A DNA stretch of 54,313 nt from positions 1 through 54,313 of the forward strand of contig JBMFRC010000022.1 of NCBI GenBank assembly GCA_049968235.1, given 5' to 3'. Position 1 is the stretch's first letter. The number at the start of each line of letters is the position of its first letter. Origin of the DNA: Candidatus Hydrogenedens sp. Its GTDB lineage: Bacteria; Hydrogenedentota; Hydrogenedentia; Hydrogenedentales; Hydrogenedentaceae. The notes beneath the pieces are model-generated. The model was not told where the DNA came from. It saw only the letters and a program-made list of their open reading frames with translations, and made no database searches. Of this stretch, positions 31,378 through 41,481 are shown piece by piece. Made by a program: the position numbers and the translations under genes.

Positions 31378-31960
31378 TAAAAAGAATATAATCACCACAG
31401 AGAACACAGAGAAAACATCATATACTGTTTAACAATGCATAAAATAGTAAGGATGAAAGCCTTTGCTCTCCCCAGTTCGTTTTATATCCTTCGCTCTCTA
31501 TCCACCTCTGCTCAAATTCCTCAATGGTATCACCTCTTGCATCTGTCTCTAAAAAATATCTGTAACGGGTCGGTTTCTGATGAGGCATCTCGTAATCTAT
31601 AAAAAAAACTTGTTTGCTCTATCTTTTCGGTATACAGCAATGACCTTTCTTCATTTTTAGTTTTTCCTTGTTTTGTTATTTAACCCACAATAGTTCTGCT
31701 GTATTTATACTACTTCTCTCTATTCTCGTTTCATTTTTTCTCTCACCCCTTCTCGTATATAATTTATATCATCTAACTCGGATGACTTATTCAAAACTCT
31801 CATGTATATTTTCATGCTCAGGTAAAATATGCTTATTTGTATTTATTCCTTTTATAAAACCTATTAATAATAAGCCTTTGTTAGATACAGAGGCTATGGT
31901 CTGAAAGATAAGCGAAGAATGTCACAGTAAATACTGCGTATTTTAGAAAACATCCTGAGA

Positions 31961-32062
31961 ATTTGGATAAAACAAAAAAGCAAGGATAGTAATAACTTCC
32001 TTCAACCACACCTTCAAGGGTGCCTTATTTGGATAAGGCAAAAAAGCAAGGATAGTAATAAC
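31961..32062 (+). repeat. CRISPR-like mini-array: two 36-bp direct repeats (2 mismatches) separated by a unique 30-bp spacer
   Basis: R1 31961..31996 ATTTGGATAAAACAAAAAAGCAAGGATAGTAATAAC; R2 32027..32062 ATTTGGATAAGGCAAAAAAGCAAGGATAGTAATAAC; spacer TTCCTTCAACCACACCTTCAAGGGTGCCTT is not repeated. Confidence 0.3.
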
Positions 32063-32286
32063 ATTTCGCGTAAATGCATTTGCAAAGCATGAGTTTCCAA
32101 AAAAAAAAAAGAGTTTATGTATGTGAGGGAAATACTGTTTAGTTGAGAAGAATATGGAAAGAACCGTGGAGTAATCTGGGTAGATCTAGAGACTGAACAA
32201 GTAATCGGGGCAGGTCCCTATAAGCAAGATGTGCAATAGTTTATGATGTTATATCTTTTGTCTGTAATGAATAGAGAAATTCAGAA

Positions 32287-32982
32287 TTATTTTTCATGCA
32301 GATAGGGGATGGGGTCTTTTTCCCCCACTGCTTTAAAGGCATTTAGTCGTTCAATACAGGTTGGACAAATTCCACATGCTGTTTCCTCTCCACCATAGCA
32401 ACTCCATGTATGTGCATAATCCACCCCTAACTGAAAACCCAGTGCTAATATTTCTTTCTTTGATTTTTTCAAAAATGGCGCATGAATCGTAATACAATGT
32501 TTCCGATTTAATGCAAACACCTGATTTATTTTTGTTACAAAAGATTCGGTACAATCCCAGTATCCATATTCATCTTGAGCCTGTGCAGAATAAAATACAT
32601 CCGTAACCCCCAATGACTCTGCCCATGCAGAACCTATCGCTAAAAATATCATATTTCGATTAGGTACATAGGTTGGAGGTTGGCCTCGTTCCACAACAGG
32701 TATATCTTTTAATTGGGGCACATCCTTTCCACCTAATATCAATGCCGAACCATCTTTCAAGAGAGGAGCCATAACAGAAAGGTCTAAAATGTGATGGTGT
32801 TTCATACTTAAAGAATTCATTTGCCATTTTGCACACTCAATCTCTCTAGAATGTTTCTGTCCATATAAGAATGAAAGTCCGTACACATTCTTGTATGATT
32901 CCTCTTTCACAAGGTAATGTAAAAGTGTTACTGAATCCAGTCCACCACTAATTAGTAACACACAATTCTTAGTATGCTCCAT
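32287..32982 (-). CDS. queC: 7-cyano-7-deazaguanine synthase
   Basis: CVLLISGGLDSVTLLHY PP-loop and C-terminal Zn motif CGICPTCIERLNAF. Confidence 0.9.
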   Translation of the reverse strand: MEHTKNCVLLISGGLDSVTLLHYLVKEESYKNVYGLSFLYGQKHSREIECAKWQMNSLSMKHHHILDLSVMAPLLKDGSALILGGKDVPQLKDIPVVERGQPPTYVPNRNMIFLAIGSAWAESLGVTDVFYSAQAQDEYGYWDCTESFVTKINQVFALNRKHCITIHAPFLKKSKKEILALGFQLGVDYAHTWSCYGGEETACGICPTCIERLNAFKAVGEKDPIPYLHEK

Positions 32983-33138
32983 ATTCTTTTCTCCAACAAT
33001 ATTAAAATTTTTTATAAAAAATTATAAAAAATGTTGAAATATACAATTTTATTTGATAATATAATTTTATATACAATATATTGTGGTTATAAAATAATTG
33101 TAACCTATAAATAGTATACAACATATAGGATACTTAAT

Positions 33139-34752
33139 ATGAGCCAATTTATCCTCGTATATGCTCCCGCGAACATTAAAGACATTAAAGTTTTCACTCC
33201 TAAACGCTCCATTGCTGTTATGGCTCAGTTGCTGCAAGATAACCATATAAATTCAACAATTTATGATTTTGGTATTCCCGAAGCAATTCAATATTACTCT
33301 AATGATATAACAAATAAATGTATTAGTAGAAATGAGACAAAAGAGAACAAAATAGGATTATGGCTTTCCAGGGTATTGGGAAATGGAAAACAGAAAAGAG
33401 ATATTAAAAATTCATACCTCCGTTGGATATATCAGAACATAAAAATTTCTTCCCATACCGTTTGTGTATTATTCTGGATAGAAAACAGAGAAGACCTTAT
33501 CGTTGCCCGTATTCTTGCTGATGAAATAAGAAAAGAAGAAACTGCAAATAAGGTTCATATTATAGGAGCAGGACCCTATTTAAATCATACAGGTCCCTAT
33601 GTTATTACCAATATTCCCGAATTCAATGGTATATTGATAAATCACAGTGAAATTTCCGTTCTACCTTTATGGGAACATCTTACCTCTGAGAAAGATTTAC
33701 ATTCAGTTCCTAATTATGTGTACCTCGAAGGAAACGAAATTCGTGTTGGACCTGTAAATCGCTTTTTAAGCCTCGATGATTTGCCAATTCCCTCTTATGA
33801 TAACTATGATGCCCTCCAGATAGGAGGAAAATTAAATATATTTACATTGGAACATGTAAGAGATGGTAGATTAGGCTATTCGGAACCTTATTCGCTCAAA
33901 CCTTATGTAAGTGCGAGTCCGGAAAATCTTCTGGAGGAAATAGGGAAACTCAGAGAAAAATACAGCACATGGACATTCCATATTGAAGGAGAGATGGCAA
34001 ATTCTACTGATGTTCAATCATTATCTTTGGCTTTATTAAAGTCTCCTCACTTTATAACATACTCCCGTAATTTCCATTGCTTAAATATTCAAGGGGATTG
34101 GATTCATAGTTTACATCTTTCTGGCTGTCGTGCTGTTTCTGTAAATGTGCCTACGGGCAGTCAACGATTGTTATCAAAATATTATGGTATTATGCGAACC
34201 ATCAGTTCTTTAGAAACTGCTATATCTGCCTTTGTCGCTTCTCATTTCTTCACCTCTATACAATGTTCCTACCCCTGCCCGGAGGAAGACCGTCATACCT
34301 TTTCTGAAACTTTACGATTTATAAAACGAATTAAACCCGATAGTGTCAAAGTTACACCTGTTTACCTTTTACCCGATTCCATGTGGTGGGAAAATATGAA
34401 TTCGTTTAACTTTAATGTAAATTCAACAGAATATATAGAATGGCTTGCAGGTGAACCGAGTTCGACGAAATACTTGCAATGGAAACCTTATGATTTATCA
34501 ACGATGATTGATGAAATTGTAAAGTTAAGTGTAACGCCTCAAACAGATTCCCTGATGGGTATTATTACTCATGTTTTACAAATATCAAAGGAACAAAAAT
34601 TCTTCAGGAATTTTTTTGAAAAAGTCCTTTTAGAAGGCGATGCGGATAGTCTGCAAGGTATGATTTCTCAGTTTAATAATCAATTAAAGAAAAGAATTCA
34701 CGAAGAAGAGTGGAATGTTAGAAAATATAATTTCAAAGCAGTTGCAAATTAA
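33139..34752 (+). CDS. B12-binding-domain / radical-SAM-like protein that lacks the CxxxCxxC cluster (probable non-catalytic homolog)
   Basis: The N-terminal domain resembles the cobalamin-binding domain of class B radical SAM enzymes. LDDLPIPSYDNYDAL...FTLEHVRDGRLGYSEPYSLKPY...SPENLLEEIGKL follows the usual rSAM template (dLdsLPfPdYd...TSRGCPxxCxFC...spe.v..Ei), but no Cys triad is present. Confidence 0.45.
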   Translation: MSQFILVYAPANIKDIKVFTPKRSIAVMAQLLQDNHINSTIYDFGIPEAIQYYSNDITNKCISRNETKENKIGLWLSRVLGNGKQKRDIKNSYLRWIYQNIKISSHTVCVLFWIENREDLIVARILADEIRKEETANKVHIIGAGPYLNHTGPYVITNIPEFNGILINHSEISVLPLWEHLTSEKDLHSVPNYVYLEGNEIRVGPVNRFLSLDDLPIPSYDNYDALQIGGKLNIFTLEHVRDGRLGYSEPYSLKPYVSASPENLLEEIGKLREKYSTWTFHIEGEMANSTDVQSLSLALLKSPHFITYSRNFHCLNIQGDWIHSLHLSGCRAVSVNVPTGSQRLLSKYYGIMRTISSLETAISAFVASHFFTSIQCSYPCPEEDRHTFSETLRFIKRIKPDSVKVTPVYLLPDSMWWENMNSFNFNVNSTEYIEWLAGEPSSTKYLQWKPYDLSTMIDEIVKLSVTPQTDSLMGIITHVLQISKEQKFFRNFFEKVLLEGDADSLQGMISQFNNQLKKRIHEEEWNVRKYNFKAVAN

Positions 34753-34790
34753 TTTCAAAATGATATTAACAAAACAAGGGAAAAAGTAAA

Positions 34791-35714
34791 ATGGATATAA
34801 CCGTAGTTGGTTCCATAGCATTAGATTCCGTCGAAACTCCCTATGGAAAATGTGAGTTAGAATTGGGTGGTGCTGCAACATATTTTTCCATAGCTGCTTC
34901 CTTTTTTACACACGTAAATATGATTGGTGTTATTGGAACCGATTTCCCGAGTGAATATATTCAGATATTAAAATCACGAAATATTAATATCGATGGATTA
35001 AAAAAAGTGGAAGGAAAAACCTTCCGCTGGTCAGGTCGCTATCATAAAGACATTAATCAACGGGATACATTGGATACACAACTTAATGTTTTTGAAACAT
35101 TTAACCCCGACATATCCAAAGAAATCGCACAGGTTCCCTATTTATTTCTCGGAAATATTAATCCTTCTTTACAATTAGATGTATTACGCCAGACATTCCC
35201 GCGTTTTACAGGCATGGATACAATGAATTTATGGATAGAAACGACACCGGACGATTTACAGGAAGTTCTGAGTCGTGTTGATATTCTTTTTATTAATGAT
35301 TCTGAAGCGAAACAACTTTCCGGTGAAGACAATTTGAAAAAAGCCAGTAGAGAAATACTTGCATTAGGTCCCGATGTACTGATTATCAAAAAGGGAGAGC
35401 ATGGTTGCATGTTATTCTTTGAGGACGAAGAAAGTTTTATGTTACCTGCATACCTATTAGAAAATGTTGTGGACCCCACAGGTGCTGGTGATAGTTTTGC
35501 AGGTGGTTTTATGGGTTACATCGCCTATAAAAACAGCATCGAGCCCGAAATATTACGACAGGCAACAGTAATTGGCTCCGTAGTCGCCTCTTTTACATGT
35601 GAATCTTTCGGACCTCGCCGTCTGTTATCCCTGACCGGGGAAGAACTTAAAAAACGCTGTTACGAATTTATTCAACAAACTCGCCTTCATGACCTTCCCC
35701 AATTCCCATTTTAA
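34791..35714 (+). CDS. PfkB-family carbohydrate/nucleoside kinase
   Basis: N-terminal GG motif and C-terminal DPTGAGDSFAGGFMGYIA (PfkB signature 2). Confidence 0.85.
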   Translation: MDITVVGSIALDSVETPYGKCELELGGAATYFSIAASFFTHVNMIGVIGTDFPSEYIQILKSRNINIDGLKKVEGKTFRWSGRYHKDINQRDTLDTQLNVFETFNPDISKEIAQVPYLFLGNINPSLQLDVLRQTFPRFTGMDTMNLWIETTPDDLQEVLSRVDILFINDSEAKQLSGEDNLKKASREILALGPDVLIIKKGEHGCMLFFEDEESFMLPAYLLENVVDPTGAGDSFAGGFMGYIAYKNSIEPEILRQATVIGSVVASFTCESFGPRRLLSLTGEELKKRCYEFIQQTRLHDLPQFPF

Positions 35715-35815
35715 TACCATTCCCTTTTAATAAAATAAGTAGTTGAATAGGTAAGATGTAAACTTCCATAATTACTTCCATAAAGAAATTTAAATCCACT
35801 CAAGGAAGTAAACCC

Positions 35816-37293
35816 ATGCCTAAAAAGAATCTCTACTTTCCCTTTTATTACATGTTGCTTGTTGCTTTTATTTTCTTGTCTCTACCTTCATTCACGGAAG
35901 AACTTGAAATTAATCTTGTTTATACAAATGACATCCACGATAATATCCGGCCCTCATATTTTGGTACGGGGGGGGGTTACCTTATATCGCTGGTTTTGTA
36001 AAACAATTAAGAGCAGAAAAACCTAATGTTATATTAGTTGATGCTGGTGATTTGACAGATAAAGGTGATATGGTCGCAGATGTGACTAATGGTGAAATTA
36101 TGTATCAGGCAGTTGAAAAAATGGGTTATCAGGTAATGGTTATAGGCAATCATGACATCAAAAAAGGGATTGAACAACTGTGTAAGTTAAAACAATTAGC
36201 CCCATCTGTGGAAATTGTAACCACAGATTATAAGGAAGGATTGGACAATTGTTTCAAACCCTGGGTGATAAAAAAAATAGGAGATTTTCCTATCGGTTTT
36301 ATAGGGATTATCAATTTCCGAATTGAAGAAATAAAATCTGCTATTGAAGGGATGAAACGCAATGAATGTCATTTTTTTATAGCCTTATGCCACTTAGGAA
36401 GCGGTACTTGCAAAGCCATATCCAAAAAAATTCCTGAAATATCAATATTCGTTTCCGGACATACACATGAGGTATTAAACGAAGCGATAGTATGTCCAGA
36501 AACAAATGCTATTATTGTTCAATCCGGTTCGCGTGCCATACGGGTTGGATATTTAAGAATAATTGTTGATACAAAAGAACAGAAAAATAAGAGTTATGAG
36601 AACAAATTGGTTGAGTTAAGACATGATTTAATTAAACCAGATGAAGATTTATTAAACTGGATATATGCTGAAGAGAAACGGGTATGCCCCATCGCTTCCG
36701 AATTTTTAATTGACAATAAAAAAACGATTAATGCCAGCCAAATTGCGATTCTTACATCGCTTGCTATTAAAGAAAAGACCCATGTAGATATTGCATTTTG
36801 CCCACCAAAACTGATTCGCAATGTTTTCCCACCAACCCAATTAGATTATAACGCTGTGTTCCTTACTGCAGGACATCGGGCAATAGAACAAGAGTGGATT
36901 CAAATCACATTAAAGGGCAAGCAGATTGAACAATATCTTAAAGATATATTAAAAAATCACTGGGATATGACCGAATGTGCAGGTATGGAATTCCATTATG
37001 AGAATAATACTTTACGAGACACTAATTTAAATGGTGATAAAGACTACAAAATTGCTATCTCAAAAACAGAATTTCAGAACCAATTATTACGGTCTTTACG
37101 AATGAGTGGTGAAAATAATATAGAAGATATTAAAAATGGAGCCATAGAATATGATTTTACATACATGGATGCTTTATCAGAATTTTTGAAAAGAATAAAA
37201 GAAAGTAGTTTAACCCTGGATGAGTATGTAGCCAGCATGAATATAAAAAACAGTGATATAAATAACCAAAATAATGATGAAATAGAAAATTAG
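35816..37293 (+). pseudogene. secreted 5'-nucleotidase / calcineurin-like metallophosphoesterase interrupted by a frameshift in a G9 homopolymer (35968..35976). It is tracked as two ORFs, 35816..36001 and 36052..37293.
   Basis: ORF1: signal peptide + LVYTNDIHDNI (metallophosphoesterase motif I) ending in ...YFGTGGG. The -1 frame continues without stops as GGGLPYIAGFVKQLRAEKPNVILVDAGDL...VIGNHD (motifs II and III). Adding one G or deleting two Gs restores a single ORF. Confidence 0.7.
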
Positions 37294-37324
37294 AAAAACA
37301 TTTTTTGCAGTTATTTAGATAGTG

Positions 37325-38695
37325 TTATGAACTAATCTGTTTCACGACATCTTCAATTAATTTACGGATTTCATTCATTCGTTTTGGAGTATCTGCTTCT
37401 ACCCGCATAACTAACTTTGGTGATGTATTTGAAGCACGAAGGAGTCCCCAACCATCCGGAAATTCGATTCGTGCTCCGTCAATAGTTATTACCTCGTAGC
37501 CTTTTTCCTGAAAATGTTTCGTAGCCTTTGCTACCACATCGAATTTCTTATCGTCAGAACACGGAAACTCCAGTTCAGGTGTGGAATGTCTTTTAGGAAT
37601 GGTATCTAACAATGCACTTAGAGGTTTTCCTTCATTGGCAATTAGTTCCAGAAGTCTGCATGCGGAATAAATCGCATCATCAAAACCGTACCAGCGATGT
37701 TTAAAGAAAATATGTCCACTCATTTCGCCTGCTACCTGTGCCTTTAACTTAATCATGGCAGATTTGATGTGCGAATGTCCTGTCCGCCACATAACGGCAT
37801 TTCCACCTGCTTTTTTTATTTCCTCATACATGCTCCGTGAACATTTAACCTCACCCAAAATCGTTGCGCCGGGTTTATTTTTTAAAATATCCCTTGCAAA
37901 TAGCACTAACAATTGATCGCCCCATAACATTTTCCCTTTATCATCACATCCACCTAATCGGTCAACATCTCCATCAAAGGCAATGCCGACATCCGCTTTA
38001 TGTTTTTTTACTGTTCTAATTAGTTCTTTCAGATTAGATTCTTTGGTTGGGTCAGGATGATGATTCGGGAAATTACCATCTACTTCACAATACAAAGGTA
38101 TTACTTCACAACCCAATTCCTTGAATAAAGGAACCGCAACTACACCACCGACGCCATTGCCTGCATCTACAACTACTTTTAATCTCCTTTTTAATGTAAT
38201 GTCCTTCAATATTCGTTTTTGATACTTCGGTACAATATTTAGTTTTGTAATAGACACTTCTTTTCTGCGAACAGGGAAATTTCCCGCTTCTACATACTTG
38301 CGGAACTCCTGAATTTGTTCTCCATAAATAGTAGTTTTTCCGACACCTATTTTTAAACCATTGTATTCTCCTGGATTATGGCTGGCTGTTATCATTAAAC
38401 CGCCATCTACTTCAAGGGTATTCATTGCAAAATAGGTCAAAGGCGTTGGAACCTCACCGATATCGATAACATTCATTCCTGCCCCTGTAATCCCATCAAT
38501 CAAAGCATGGCTAAAACTTTTACTACTAATCCTACCATCTCTACCAACAACCACAAGATTATTATGGATTGCCCGTTTTGCCTTCATATACGCCACATAC
38601 GCTTTCCCCAAAAGTTCCATAATATCTTCGGTTAAATCCTTGCCCGCAATACCACGCAAATCGTACTCACGAAAGATGTTCGGATTAACATTCAT
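37325..38695 (-). CDS. phosphomannomutase / phosphoglucomutase (alpha-D-phosphohexomutase family)
   Basis: Active-site TASHNPGEYNG, Mg loop FDGDVDRL, and sugar-binding GEMSGH. Confidence 0.9.
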   Translation of the reverse strand: MNVNPNIFREYDLRGIAGKDLTEDIMELLGKAYVAYMKAKRAIHNNLVVVGRDGRISSKSFSHALIDGITGAGMNVIDIGEVPTPLTYFAMNTLEVDGGLMITASHNPGEYNGLKIGVGKTTIYGEQIQEFRKYVEAGNFPVRRKEVSITKLNIVPKYQKRILKDITLKRRLKVVVDAGNGVGGVVAVPLFKELGCEVIPLYCEVDGNFPNHHPDPTKESNLKELIRTVKKHKADVGIAFDGDVDRLGGCDDKGKMLWGDQLLVLFARDILKNKPGATILGEVKCSRSMYEEIKKAGGNAVMWRTGHSHIKSAMIKLKAQVAGEMSGHIFFKHRWYGFDDAIYSACRLLELIANEGKPLSALLDTIPKRHSTPELEFPCSDDKKFDVVAKATKHFQEKGYEVITIDGARIEFPDGWGLLRASNTSPKLVMRVEADTPKRMNEIRKLIEDVVKQISS

Positions 38696-38763
38696 ATATA
38701 ACTCCTTTCTTTTTTATGGATATATTGTAAATAAATTGTCCAATATTATAAAAATGAATGTAT

Positions 38764-39945
38764 CTATTTTTTTTCTTCTGTCCATAACATAACAAACCTT
38801 GAAATCATTTCACTTGTGTTATAAATTTTTTGCTCATCAATGTTTAATGTCGTATCTTCAATCTGATTGCAACATATTGGTTTTTTATCTTTATCCAGAC
38901 CCATAATTGTAAAACCTTTATATCCATGTGAAGTCAGTATATACGATGCAGTGGGTAAAGGCAGGCAATCGGCTTTTTGTATTTTTAGAGAAAGATGATG
39001 CTTATCTATAAATTGCATAATTTCTTTATCTACATGAAAAGTGAATATCATCCTTTCTTGAGAAATGATATGTAAATCCCCTGAACCGACCCCTTCTATA
39101 TTAATAAATAAAGTTTCTTTTTTAGGTAAAGGATTTTTCTTTAAGAAATGACGCAATCCTGACATCCAGCATTGATACGCTCCTGAGAAAACAAAATGTA
39201 TTTCTATATCCTTCAAGGGTTGTTCAGAAAAAATTTCTGCCAGCCCTAATAAACATGCCACGCCTGAAGCATTAAAATTAGCCCCTCGTGTATCCTCTTC
39301 ATTTGCTGTTGCAATAAGAGCAATGAAACTCATCGTTCCTAAGATAATCCCTGTAAATACCCGGCAAAACATGGAAATATTATCCTGCCATGGGACAATA
39401 TTACTTAATTTATCACGAATACTTATCCCTAAAATTGACAGCATACAAATCACAATTATGTGATGTAACACAGGAAGAAAATTTATCACCTTTTTAGAAT
39501 AAAAAAAATGGGAAATGCCACAATCGTAGTTTGCATGGAACACAATCCTGTATTTAGGTTCATCAAATACCTCCTGATTTCTTATAACTGTATGGATGTT
39601 TTGTGATTGGTACTCCGGAATAAATTTTGAAAGGCTAAAATACCCTAAAATTTCAAGAAAGTAAAGGGAAAAAATGACTAACCCGTAAATAAATCCTGCT
39701 AATGGGAAAAATATAGATAATAATATAACAAAGATGAATTCTATCCAATAAAGTATGAAAATCTGAAATGTCTCACGGTAGCACGTAAAGGCTTCTATAA
39801 CAGGTTGTAAGCCCATGTGCAACAATCGATTCCGAATATATTCTGAACAAAGCAGTTCCCCTTCGGTCCCATATCTCCTTGTTATCGTTGCTCCTGCTAA
39901 ATAATTAATATCATCATTTATCTTTGTTGATGTATCCATATCCAA
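38764..39945 (-). CDS. polytopic membrane protein with split M28-peptidase-like domain (paralog of 21124..22422, possibly non-catalytic)
   Basis: N-terminal RYGTEGELLCSEYIRNRL (M28 N-lobe), central cluster of hydrophobic helices, C-terminal ANFNASGVACLLGLAEIFS (M28 Asp-region). Several metal ligands are not obvious. Confidence 0.5.
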   Translation of the reverse strand: MDMDTSTKINDDINYLAGATITRRYGTEGELLCSEYIRNRLLHMGLQPVIEAFTCYRETFQIFILYWIEFIFVILLSIFFPLAGFIYGLVIFSLYFLEILGYFSLSKFIPEYQSQNIHTVIRNQEVFDEPKYRIVFHANYDCGISHFFYSKKVINFLPVLHHIIVICMLSILGISIRDKLSNIVPWQDNISMFCRVFTGIILGTMSFIALIATANEEDTRGANFNASGVACLLGLAEIFSEQPLKDIEIHFVFSGAYQCWMSGLRHFLKKNPLPKKETLFINIEGVGSGDLHIISQERMIFTFHVDKEIMQFIDKHHLSLKIQKADCLPLPTASYILTSHGYKGFTIMGLDKDKKPICCNQIEDTTLNIDEQKIYNTSEMISRFVMLWTEEKK

Positions 39946-40046
39946 TTTTTATTTTATACCTATTCTAAATATAATAAATAAAATTGTTTTGTAATGATAT
40001 CCTTTATAATAGCAAAAATGTGCTATTTCTATTTTGAAAGGACAAT

Positions 40047-40496
40047 ATGCGAGCAGTGGTTCAGAGAGTGTTAAATGCAAGTGTAACAGTTGATAATCAG
40101 ATTGTAGGCAAAATTGGACATGGATTGCTTGTTTTGCTTGGCATAGATGAACAGGACACCGAAACGGATATTCAATATACAGCGGACAAAATTATTGGTT
40201 TACGTATATTCAATGATGCGGAAGGCAAATTTAATCTATCGTTGGAAGATGTTAATGGAGAAATGTTGGTTGTATCTCAATTTACCCTACATGGAGATTG
40301 CCGTCGTGGAAGAAGACCTTCTTTTAGCACATCTGCAAGACCCGAAAAGGCAATTCCTTATTATGAAAAATTTGTAGAAATAGTTCGGAATAGGGGTATT
40401 CATGTAGAAACAGGAATATTTGCAGCACACATGCTAGTCTCATTAGTAAATGATGGTCCTGTTACTATATTGGTTGATTCGAAAAAGGTTTTCTGA
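40047..40496 (+). CDS. dtd: D-aminoacyl-tRNA deacylase
   Basis: [33 protein letters not shown] and SQFTLHGD match Dtd. Confidence 0.9.
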   Translation: MRAVVQRVLNASVTVDNQIVGKIGHGLLVLLGIDEQDTETDIQYTADKIIGLRIFNDAEGKFNLSLEDVNGEMLVVSQFTLHGDCRRGRRPSFSTSARPEKAIPYYEKFVEIVRNRGIHVETGIFAAHMLVSLVNDGPVTILVDSKKVF

Positions 40497-41455
40497 TGCG
40501 TATCCTTATTGCAGGCACAGGGAAATTAGGTGTTTGTGTTGCTGAACCATTAATAAAAAGTCAACACCAGATTATTGGAATCCTTCAAAATGGCAGACAA
40601 ACCCGGGGGGTACGACGATTCACCAATCAGGTGTTTTTGGGTCTCTTCGGTGGACATGATAGTATTCTTCATTTTGCTTGGAAAAACCACATTCCTGTTT
40701 TCTGGATTGATAAAATGGATGAGGAAGAACTAAAACCAATAAAAGAATGCTCCCCCGACCTTATTATCACCTGTGGTTTCGGTATTATTTTTAAAAAGCC
40801 AATATTGTCCCTTCCTAAAATCGGTTGTATTAATGTCCATTCATCCTTATTACCACGCCATCGGGGTCCGAATCCCTTTTATGCAGTAATACGGCAGGGT
40901 GAAACACAGTCCGGAGTTACTTTTCACATTATGGACGAGGGTATTGATACCGGTCCTATTGTTGCACAGCAATCCTTTCCTATTCTTGACACGGATACCG
41001 CTTATTCGGTATATTGTCGGGCTTCTGAAATGGCGAAAACGATGGTGCTGGATGTTGTAAACCGTATTACAAAAGAAGGATTGCATGGAGAACCCCAAAA
41101 CCCTGACCTATCTTCTTATGACCCGAAACCTACCGTAAATGATGCTATTATTCACTGGAATGTTCCTGCTATTGAAATTGACCGTCAGATTCGTGCCTTA
41201 TCCCAGACTATTCTGACACGCTTTACATACAAAGGTAGAACCGTTTTCGTAACCCGTGTCAGGGTTAATGAGAAAGAAATAACTGCAAAACCGGGAACTG
41301 TCCTCCATGCCCGTTTTCCTGCGGAGATTGCAACTGCGAAAGGTTCCATTACATTACTTTCTGCGTTTACCCTTTCTCCAATAATGTGGCTTTGGCCCCG
41401 TAAAAGAACACTTTCCATTGGGGAAGTAATATGCACTGAAACAGAAGAAATTTAA
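40496..41455 (+). CDS. formyltransferase-family protein (Fmt-like)
   Basis: INVHSSLLPRHRGPNPFYAVIRQGETQSGVTFHIMDEGIDTGPIVAQ is the formyl_trans_N catalytic motif (HxSLLPxxRG...D). The N-terminal region is atypical for canonical Fmt. Confidence 0.7.
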   Translation: MRILIAGTGKLGVCVAEPLIKSQHQIIGILQNGRQTRGVRRFTNQVFLGLFGGHDSILHFAWKNHIPVFWIDKMDEEELKPIKECSPDLIITCGFGIIFKKPILSLPKIGCINVHSSLLPRHRGPNPFYAVIRQGETQSGVTFHIMDEGIDTGPIVAQQSFPILDTDTAYSVYCRASEMAKTMVLDVVNRITKEGLHGEPQNPDLSSYDPKPTVNDAIIHWNVPAIEIDRQIRALSQTILTRFTYKGRTVFVTRVRVNEKEITAKPGTVLHARFPAEIATAKGSITLLSAFTLSPIMWLWPRKRTLSIGEVICTETEEI

Positions 41456-41481
41456 CCCGTTAAAACAATAGGAATCTGGAA

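Noticed and set aside
31418-31588. 56-codon minus-strand ORF (MPHQKPTRYRYFLETDARGDTIEEFEQRW...)
   Set aside because: It is not called as a feature because it is below the size threshold, has no clear RBS and no recognisable family. It is kept only as a note within the non-coding-region finding.
31668-31904. 78-aa plus-strand ORF in the pheA-queC gap
   Set aside because: It is a low-complexity, pyrimidine-rich (Leu/Ser/Phe-rich) translation with no RBS. This looks like a frame artefact of the T/C-skewed non-coding tract.
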